From assembly GCA_046052125.1 (NCBI GenBank), contig JBJOMY010000005.1, positions 1-64,000 on the forward strand: DNA of 64,000 nt, written 5' to 3'. Origin of the DNA: Cyanobacteriota bacterium. Its GTDB lineage: Bacteria > Cyanobacteriota > Cyanobacteriia > PCC-6307 > Cyanobiaceae. A program made the translations under genes and the position numbers. The first letter of the stretch is position 1; each line of letters begins with the position of its first letter. The notes beneath the pieces are model-generated. The model saw nothing but the letters and a program-made list of their open reading frames with translations, did no database searches and was not told where the DNA came from. Shown here one piece after another: positions 1 to 7,141 of this stretch.

Positions 1-2920
1 CAACACCGCCGATCTGGGTACCGAGGGCCGTGTTGCCATCGGTGATCGACTTGGTTAGATCGCTAACCGCTTTGGTCAGGGCATCCTGAGTCGCCTTATC
101 TCCGTCCTTGGTCGCCTTCTCAAGCGCTGCCTGGGCAGTAGCTAATCCACTAACAAGGTCGGCAAGTACCTGGAGATCAACCCTCAAACCTCCAACCACA
201 TCATCCGCGGGCTGGAACTGAACCCAATTCGTCGGAGCGCCTTGATAAGGCAGCGTGACCCATAGCAGAGAGCCACCGCCAACATGAACCTGATCCTCCA
301 GCGACAAATACGCGTTGGACTGATCAAAGTTGAGCACAACAGTTTGGCCCGTTGCCTCCACAAACTTCAAGTTGATCGCACCACCGTTCGGGAGTGAGGC
401 CGTTTCGATATAGGCAGCAATCGCAGCACCACGATCGCGAATCACAACGGGGCCTGGGCCTGAGCCGGTCACACCATCCACTTGCACCCAGCGATCGCCG
501 AGTGCTCGGGCCGTTGCTGCAGTTAGAGTGAGCGCCCCATCGTTTGGCAACTGTGTATTCACAAGTTGTGCCGAAACTGATAGGCCAACCACGCGATCAT
601 CCAGGGTGCCGTAGCTGAGGGCGCGAATGATGTTGATTTCAGTATCGCGAATTACCACCCCATCAGCAGGGTTGGCATAGGCTGGTAGATTGCGGAACTG
701 GGCCACCGTGAGCGTGAGTTGATCAAGAGCCCCTGCGGCTTTAGACACCAGGATCTCTTTCACCACATCGGGGATCTTTTTCTCCAGCATGCCGGCGATG
801 TTGCTGCTGGTATCCACCACCGCAACAGCACCTTGAATGCGGCCATCGAGGCGATCGAGCACCGCAGCAGTAATTGCAGTTTCCGCCGCCAGCGACGTGC
901 TGCTGGCACCACCATCGGTGATGTGGAAGCTGAAACTATCGTGCAGATTCAGCTTGTTGATCGCAGCTCCAAACTCAGCAAATAGCTGTTCAATTTGAGC
1001 AGCCGTGCCGTTCACCACAAACTGCACATCCAGCAGCGAGCCTCGATCAAAGATCGAGGGAAGCGTGCCCTGCAGCTTCTGATATTGCTGGTAGTTCAGC
1101 TCCGCCACCCCCGTGGCATCCGAACTGGCAATGGCCCCCACAGCGGTGAGGGGGCCGCCCTCCAGCAGCAGCTCCGCAATTCGCGCCGGTGTATCCACAA
1201 TGCTGAAACGGCCTGGCGGCAGCAACGCCCCGATCTCCAGCAGGCTTTGGTAGCCCTCCACGGTGAGGGACACACCGGGAGCCTGAAGCAGCAGCGGACG
1301 CTCGGCCCCAAGCGACTGCTGCAGCACCTGAAGGCGCTCGAGGTCAGCCAAACTCACGGGCTGATCGCCCGATTGAAGCTCGAGGGCAACCTCCACACAC
1401 TTGATCTGGCTCACCAAATTGGCGGTGCCATCAGCGTTGGTGCTGCCGGCCCAGTAGCCGTTGAGCGCACCGGTGTTGCTGATCAAGCCAGACGCCGTGA
1501 GCTCGGCCAGGCTCCCACTCACAGCAAACCGCACATTGCTGGCGCTCACCAGACCAGCCGTGGTGTCGATCGAGTTGGTTGAGGTGGCGGTATCGAGTTC
1601 CTTGAGGCGTGCCACGGACACCTGAACAGGCTCAAGCGGCGTTCCCGCTCCGCTGGCTGTAACGCGAAGCTCTGAGATGGAGGCCAGCTGCTGGCTGGTG
1701 AGCTGGGGCAGCAGCAAGCTGATGTTGGCAGCCGTATCCGCCAGGATCAGGCGCGTGTCTTTCGGAGCGCCCTCAGTGGCGGCGTTCACGGTGTTGGCTC
1801 TCACCGTGACCACACCTTCCGCCGGCAAGGAGCGGAACTCCTTGGCCGTGAGAATCACATCGCCTTCGTTGATCAGCAAATACTTGCCGGTAACGCCAGA
1901 GGCCGACTCACCACTGAGGCGATAGTCGCCCAGTTGCTTCCCAACACCTGCCAGCTGTGTGATCAGCGCACCGCTGATCCTGAAGCCGTTAACCGTGAGC
2001 TGCGTGGCAGCCGTTGCCGCCGTGCTGGTGGTGTAGTTGTTGATGCTGGCTACACCTGTTGCACCGGCTGTCACACCGGGTTCGGTAACAACATTCAGCC
2101 CGGCAGTTGGCGTGGTGCTGGTAACCACCCCATTGAGGATGTTATTGGAGCTGGCGGCTATCGGCAGGGGCAGCGTGAGCAGCTGCAGGGCACCAGCGTT
2201 ATCGCTGGCGGCCAGGGGGGTTGCCGCAGGGCCCACGAGCACGTCATTGCTGTCGGTGACAGCAATCAGAGCCGAGCTGGCATCGCTAGTGCCTAAACCG
2301 TTACGGCGGGCAATTTCCTGAAATTCAGCGGCACTGAGGTTGACCTTGACGCTGCCGTTGAGGTTGGAGAGAGTGCGAATGGCCGACCAACCACCGTCGG
2401 ACACCAACGTGGGCCGTGTCCCCACCGCAGCAGCCAATGAGAAGGTGGTGATCTGACCACCCTCCACGGCATCGAACAGCGGCGCCAGGCCTGCCAGAGC
2501 TCCGGTAACACCACCGTTGAAGGAAGTGAGTTGATAACTGGTGCTTGAGCCAGTGCCGGTTGTTTTGATGGCGGCTCCAGTCTGTGAAAGCTCAACGGAG
2601 CTGGCTGTGACCACCAAAGCGTCCGTAAACGACGTCAAACCAACATCGTTGACAAAACTGAAGCCACTCGCCACCAGGGCGCTATAGACAGGCGCCGAGA
2701 GGCTGACGGCCGATTCACCACCGGCGAAGGCGAACTGGAAACCGACTGAAGGGTTCGCACTGCGCAGCGCTGAGGCGCTGGCTACACCGGCGATCCCCCC
2801 CTGCGCAAAGCCGGTGGGCGTGTCAACAACCAGAACCTGGTCAATCCCGCGGGCGGTGACCACCTGCTGCAGGTTGATCAGCTTCAGGCCCTCGAGGGAA
2901 ACGATCAGCTGCTTGCCCAT
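1..2920 (-). CDS. Large repeat-rich putative cell-surface/S-layer-like protein, 5' part only (>973 aa, runs off the left edge)
   Basis: ATG at 2920 (MGKQLIVSLEGLKLINLQQVV...), upstream in-frame stop at 2954-2956. Hand translation is open to the window edge (...DLTKSITDGNTALGTQIGGV), which explains its absence from the ORF track. Ala/Gly/Thr/Val/Ser-rich with recurring LTxxxFxxL...(V/I)xDTxxxI motifs. Confidence 0.8.
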   Translation of the reverse strand, partial: MGKQLIVSLEGLKLINLQQVVTARGIDQVLVVDTPTGFAQGGIAGVASASALRSANPSVGFQFAFAGGESAVSLSAPVYSALVASGFSFVNDVGLTSFTDALVVTASSVELSQTGAAIKTTGTGSSTSYQLTSFNGGVTGALAGLAPLFDAVEGGQITTFSLAAAVGTRPTLVSDGGWSAIRTLSNLNGSVKVNLSAAEFQEIARRNGLGTSDASSALIAVTDSNDVLVGPAATPLAASDNAGALQLLTLPLPIAASSNNILNGVVTSTTPTAGLNVVTEPGVTAGATGVASINNYTTSTAATAATQLTVNGFRISGALITQLAGVGKQLGDYRLSGESASGVTGKYLLINEGDVILTAKEFRSLPAEGVVTVRANTVNAATEGAPKDTRLILADTAANISLLLPQLTSQQLASISELRVTASGAGTPLEPVQVSVARLKELDTATSTNSIDTTAGLVSASNVRFAVSGSLAELTASGLISNTGALNGYWAGSTNADGTANLVSQIKCVEVALELQSGDQPVSLADLERLQVLQQSLGAERPLLLQAPGVSLTVEGYQSLLEIGALLPPGRFSIVDTPARIAELLLEGGPLTAVGAIASSDATGVAELNYQQYQKLQGTLPSIFDRGSLLDVQFVVNGTAAQIEQLFAEFGAAINKLNLHDSFSFHITDGGASSTSLAAETAITAAVLDRLDGRIQGAVAVVDTSSNIAGMLEKKIPDVVKEILVSKAAGALDQLTLTVAQFRNLPAYANPADGVVIRDTEINIIRALSYGTLDDRVVGLSVSAQLVNTQLPNDGALTLTAATARALGDRWVQVDGVTGSGPGPVVIRDRGAAIAAYIETASLPNGGAINLKFVEATGQTVVLNFDQSNAYLSLEDQVHVGGGSLLWVTLPYQGAPTNWVQFQPADDVVGGLRVDLQVLADLVSGLATAQAALEKATKDGDKATQDALTKAVSDLTKSITDGNTALGTQIGGV

Positions 2921-3014
2921 GCCAGGAACTGGAAGAAATTCAGTGCTTCGAACCTATATCCCACAGACAAGAACTATGGACAAAACCGCGCCCAGTCCAG
3001 GAAAGACGCATTGA

Positions 3015-3142
3015 ATCCATCTATCGGATATGCCAACAAATGGCGGCCTGGATAACGCCCCCCCCGATTCCCGGCAGCCCTATGCAGAGAATGCATAAGC
3101 GATTTGCCACCCTGTGGACTGTTAAATTCTGCAGGAATGCAG
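3015..3142. promoter_or_regulatory. Candidate LysR-type binding boxes in divergent promoter region
   Basis: ATCC-N7-GGAT (3015-3029) and TATGCA-N5-TGCATA (3081-3097) both fit T-N11-A; related CTGCA-N4-TGCAG at 3129-3142. Confidence 0.5.
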
Positions 3143-3161
3143 GATCTAACTAGCGCGATAG

Positions 3162-3974
3162 GTGGATCTTCTCGCCGATTTACTGGTTTTTGATGCCGTC
3201 CAGGGTCTCGAGAGCACCCTCGATGCCGCTGCACTCCTGCAGACACCGCAGAGCTCGGTGTCGAGGCGCTACCGACAATTTGCTCAAGGCCTGAGGCTGC
3301 AACTCTCCCGCCAATCCGGCTCCTACAAAGTGGTCCAGGGGCAGTGTGTGCTGCAGCAGATGCGTCAGTTCGCCCAGCGCTTCCGCTTTCTGCATCAGCT
3401 GAATCGTTGGGCTGTGCATCCAGCCCTGAGCACATGGGTCAACCAAACAGTGCAAGACCTTCCTGGCCTTCGCCTGCCACTCGAGCCGGATCACTGGGAG
3501 CGGTGGCTCGATCAACGACTGATCGACCAGGTTCTCGACTGCCGGCTCCTCAACAGCAGTGAGCCCCTACCAGCCACCTCCCATCTCCACCTCACCCTGG
3601 TGGCCGACCCCGCAGCTGTGGAGACCCACACATTGATTCTGGGTGAGTGGAGCACCGTAGAGGGCTTAGAGACTGCCGTGCAGGCGGCAGGCTGGACCGT
3701 GGCGCCACCCCATGCAGCCTCCGTGAGCAACCAGGCCACGCTGATCGCGGTGCCATCACAACAGCCCTTGGCGCAAACCGGGCCGAGCGTGGTGGAGCTA
3801 GTGCTCCAGTGGCGCTACGGGCCGATGCTCCAGCAGCTCGATCCCCTCGCGGACACCCAGCGTCAGCAATTCGAGCGGCTGATCGCCATGGCCCTCGGCA
3901 GCGCAGCGGGCGCAGAAGCCGACCGCCAGACGGTGATCAGCGAGCTGGATTTGAGTGGTCTGTTGCTCAACTGA
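3162..3974 (+). CDS. LysR-like HTH transcriptional regulator with atypical C-terminal domain
   Basis: N-terminal AAALLQTPQSSVSRRYRQF...L.L.R resembles the LysR winged HTH; 270 aa; divergent from the large surface-protein gene. Confidence 0.65.
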   Translation: MDLLADLLVFDAVQGLESTLDAAALLQTPQSSVSRRYRQFAQGLRLQLSRQSGSYKVVQGQCVLQQMRQFAQRFRFLHQLNRWAVHPALSTWVNQTVQDLPGLRLPLEPDHWERWLDQRLIDQVLDCRLLNSSEPLPATSHLHLTLVADPAAVETHTLILGEWSTVEGLETAVQAAGWTVAPPHAASVSNQATLIAVPSQQPLAQTGPSVVELVLQWRYGPMLQQLDPLADTQRQQFERLIAMALGSAAGAEADRQTVISELDLSGLLLN

Positions 3975-3988
3975 AGGGCTTCAGCCCC

Positions 3989-4258
3989 CTACATCCGGTT
4001 GAGATACGCGTCGAATTCCTGCAACGACACCACCTCATCCACGTTCCCATCGAGCAGCAGCTCCAGTTCCTCATCGGAGAGGCTGAGAATCTGCTCCGCC
4101 TGAGCCCGCAACAGCGACACGCGGGACACCTGGAAGCCCTCCGCTTCAGCAATGGCTGAAACCTGCGAGAAGTCGGCACCCTGGAGCCGCTCCTGCAGAT
4201 CAGGGCGGGAGGCCACGTGATCGAGGAAGGCGGGCAGGTCGAGCGGGGCGCCGGCCAT
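3989..4258 (-). CDS. Nif11-like leader peptide family RiPP precursor (89 aa)
   Basis: LPAFLDHVASRPDLQERLQ...VSAIAEAEGFQVS...LSDEELE matches the Nif11 leader pattern; ATG at 4258 (GTG at 4261). Confidence 0.8.
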   Translation of the reverse strand: MAGAPLDLPAFLDHVASRPDLQERLQGADFSQVSAIAEAEGFQVSRVSLLRAQAEQILSLSDEELELLLDGNVDEVVSLQEFDAYLNRM

Positions 4259-4287
4259 CACCGTGCTGGTGCGTTGGTGGGCCGACG

Positions 4288-5148
4288 TTAAACGACCCTC
4301 AGATAGGGGGTGGCCAAGCCGGGAACCGCATCACCGGTGAGCAGCTCAGCGAAGCAGCTGCGTTGGTTGGCGCGGCGCAGCAGGGCGGCCTGATCGCGCA
4401 GCAATCGGCCACAGCCGGTTAGGGCATGGTGATCCGCCAGCTGGCCATCGCCGTAGCCATACACCACCACATAGGCCAGCCGGGGTTGAGCCGCCGTATG
4501 CGGGGGGGAGCCATGCAGGGTCCAGGTGTCGTGCATCAGGCAATCGCCTGGGGCCATGCGGTCGTAAACGGCGATCGGCAGGGAAGGAGATGCCACAGCC
4601 TGCTCGTTCAACCCCGCCTCGAAGCTCAGCTCACCCTCCACCTGCAGGGCGCAGCTGCGCTGACTGCCATCCACGTAATGCATCGGCGACGCGTTGGCAT
4701 CCACCAGCGTCAGCGGAATCCACAGGGTGAGCGACTGCAAGCCATCCACCGGGATGAAGGTGCCGTCTTGATGCCAGGGCGTTGGTTCACCGCCGGGATG
4801 CTTGAAGTAGGCCTGGTCGCGAAGCAACCAGATGTCGGGTCGCTCCAGCAGTTGTTGCATCCAGATCGCCGGCGGGCCCTCCAGCAACCAGCGCTCCAGC
4901 CAGCTGGAACGGCGCCAGAGCTGCTCACGAAACGACCACCCAGCGCCGTAAGCGCCCACCTCCTGATCCATCCCAGCCGCACAGGCGGAAGCGGCCGGAG
5001 CCGTGAGTTGCTCCAGCTGGCTGCGCAGCTCGGCGATCTCGCCGCGGGGGAACAGCCCCCTAAAACCGAGATGACCGCCATCGCGCAAGCGGCTGCGGGC
5101 GGACGCAAGATCGCCGGGATCCAGAAGCTCAGGACGCCGGATCCGCAT
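4288..5148 (-). CDS. Phytanoyl-CoA dioxygenase (PhyH) family Fe(II)/2-oxoglutarate dioxygenase
   Basis: YFKHPGGEPTPWHQD (HxD), LTLWIPL, YVDGS, PGDCLMHDTWTLHGS...R; ATG 5148 chosen to avoid overlap with the divergent gene. Confidence 0.85.
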   Translation of the reverse strand: MRIRRPELLDPGDLASARSRLRDGGHLGFRGLFPRGEIAELRSQLEQLTAPAASACAAGMDQEVGAYGAGWSFREQLWRRSSWLERWLLEGPPAIWMQQLLERPDIWLLRDQAYFKHPGGEPTPWHQDGTFIPVDGLQSLTLWIPLTLVDANASPMHYVDGSQRSCALQVEGELSFEAGLNEQAVASPSLPIAVYDRMAPGDCLMHDTWTLHGSPPHTAAQPRLAYVVVYGYGDGQLADHHALTGCGRLLRDQAALLRRANQRSCFAELLTGDAVPGLATPYLRVV

Positions 5149-5201
5149 CAGCCAAGCCTGGGCCAGGCCTGCGACGCTAGGGCAGCGATGGGGATCTGCC
5201 G

Positions 5202-7139
5202 ATGATCGCTTCCTGGGCCGATCTGTTGGCCGAGCCCGAGCTGGCACCGCTGCACCCATGGCGGCGCCTCACGGCCGAGCAACAACAGCTGCTGCAGCAG
5301 ATCAACCCACGCCAGGCGCCGGTGGTGGGGTTCGAAACGAGCCGCAGCCAGCGCTGGCAGCAGGCCGACCTCGCTCTGCTGCTCCTCAGCCAGCAAAGCC
5401 GCCGCTGGGGGCCCTGGCTCTCGGAGCTGATTCCCGTGGGTGTGGGCCCCGGGCTCGATGCCTTCCTCAAACTCGAAGGCTGTCGGCCGGAAACCTGGCT
5501 GGAGATCTGTCGCCGCAGCGCCGGCGAGGCCGGCGGCCGGCTGCTGGTGTTCAAGAACCCGATCCAGCCACTGCCCCTGGGCAGCGCCCGCGACCTCTGT
5601 CTGGCCTTGGCGATCGAGCAGGCCACCAGCCTGGAGGGGCTACCCCTGAGCACCATCCCTGAACGCTGGTGGGAGGAGGTGGCCAGCAGTGGGCTGGATC
5701 AGGTGATCCAGATCGGCCTCGATCTGAGCCAAAGCCCCATCAGCTGGAGGTTGCTGCTGGGCAGTGCTCAACCCTCCGTGAACGTGCTCCGCCGCCACGG
5801 GATTCCGGAGGCTTGGCACGAGGAGTTGATCCAGTGGCCCCACCACATCGCCTTGAGCCCTGATCGCCAACAGGGCGAGTGCGGCCTGGAAATCCTGCCG
5901 CGCTATCGACGCGATCTGAGCCTGGCCGAACTGCAGGAGCCGCCACCCCGGGATCGGGAGCAGTGGCCGCGGTTCCTCAGCCGGCATCGCCTGATCAGCG
6001 ATCAGCGCCTGCGAACGCTGCAAGGCCTGGCCAATGAGCGGCTCTGGCCCATCCGCCCGCCGCAGCAGAGCCGGATTCTCTGCGGCGTGAACCACCTCAA
6101 GCTGGTGATGCACAACGGCACGGCCGTGAATGCGAAGGCCTACGTGGGGGCCTTCGTTGGGGTGACCACAGCCGTTGGGGTGAGAGCAGCAGCCACCGCC
6201 ACGGAAACCCTGCAACAACAGCTGCTTCAGCACTGGCGAGCCCATGAGCAAAGCCCGTGGAGCGGCTTCGACCTGCGGCCGGGGCGCTCCGATGGTTGGG
6301 TCACCGCGGCGGTGCTTTGCCTGCTGGCGGTGGAGCCGGATCCCTGGCTGCAGCAAACCCTGCGCCAGCGCCGTGCCGACCTGTTCCGCCGCCTGCCCAG
6401 CGGGCAAGCACTGGGCTTCAACCAGCACACCCCAACCGATGCCGACTCCAGCATCTGGTTGCAACGCTGCCGGCTGGCCCACGGCCTGGCCGCCGATCCC
6501 CAGCTGCAGCGCTACATCGCCAGCCACTGGTTGGGCGATGGCATTGCCACCTACACCGATGCAGACGGCATCGCCGCCTTCATCGATCGAGCCGGCCAGG
6601 CCTGCCCCATCTGGACCCGCGCCCATGACTGCGTGCTGGCCAATCTCTCCGCACTGAAGGGTGGGTTGCAGCCCAAGGCGCTCCAGCAGCTGCGCCAACG
6701 GGTGCTGTCAGGCAGCTTCCGCAGCACCTGGTGGCCTGCCGCCGGTTGGGCCCTCAGCCTGGCGCCCCGGGGCAGCCTGCCCAGCGCCGGGGTAACGGCC
6801 CTGGTGGAACCGCGCCTGAGCCCAGCGGTGCTGGCCTGCCTGGGAGAACAGCGGAGCACAGCGCTCTGGCAGGCCCAACGAGCCATCGCCCTGCTCAAAC
6901 ACGGCAACAGCGCCCAACGACAGCGCAGCGCTGAGGAGCTGCTGCGTTTGCACGGTGAGAACAATGGATGGGGTGGCCTCTGCTGCCTGCAGATCCCCCA
7001 CCCGCAAAATCCAGAAGAGGAACCGGAAGGAGGCTGGAATATCCACAGCGGCATTGAGGGCAGCCTGACGCTCGATGATCAGGGGCACTTTTGTGCCGCT
7101 CTGATCACGTCAGCGCTACACAGTGCTGGCCTGAGCTGA
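5202..7139 (+). CDS. Putative fused prenyltransferase / class II terpene-cyclase-like (squalene-hopene cyclase-like barrel) protein
   Basis: N-half: GFE..ADL, WLE, QIGL, GLE, NHLKL...AKAYVG. C-half: W.GF....GRSDGWVT, GFNQHTPTDADSSIW, GIATY, W..AHDCV, GSFRSTWW, GW...LQIPHP, D.GHF.AALI..AL. Confidence 0.6.
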   Translation: MIASWADLLAEPELAPLHPWRRLTAEQQQLLQQINPRQAPVVGFETSRSQRWQQADLALLLLSQQSRRWGPWLSELIPVGVGPGLDAFLKLEGCRPETWLEICRRSAGEAGGRLLVFKNPIQPLPLGSARDLCLALAIEQATSLEGLPLSTIPERWWEEVASSGLDQVIQIGLDLSQSPISWRLLLGSAQPSVNVLRRHGIPEAWHEELIQWPHHIALSPDRQQGECGLEILPRYRRDLSLAELQEPPPRDREQWPRFLSRHRLISDQRLRTLQGLANERLWPIRPPQQSRILCGVNHLKLVMHNGTAVNAKAYVGAFVGVTTAVGVRAAATATETLQQQLLQHWRAHEQSPWSGFDLRPGRSDGWVTAAVLCLLAVEPDPWLQQTLRQRRADLFRRLPSGQALGFNQHTPTDADSSIWLQRCRLAHGLAADPQLQRYIASHWLGDGIATYTDADGIAAFIDRAGQACPIWTRAHDCVLANLSALKGGLQPKALQQLRQRVLSGSFRSTWWPAAGWALSLAPRGSLPSAGVTALVEPRLSPAVLACLGEQRSTALWQAQRAIALLKHGNSAQRQRSAEELLRLHGENNGWGGLCCLQIPHPQNPEEEPEGGWNIHSGIEGSLTLDDQGHFCAALITSALHSAGLS

Positions 7140-7141
7140 GG

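Noticed and set aside
719..2595. Several track ORFs (719-985, 995-1582, 1934-2296 etc.)
   Set aside because: Shadows of the long minus-strand frame starting at 2920, which translates as a coherent repeat protein.
3989..4258. Prochlorosin/lanthipeptide interpretation of the Nif11 gene
   Set aside because: The core has no Cys, and no LanM/LanB/LanC gene is in the window.
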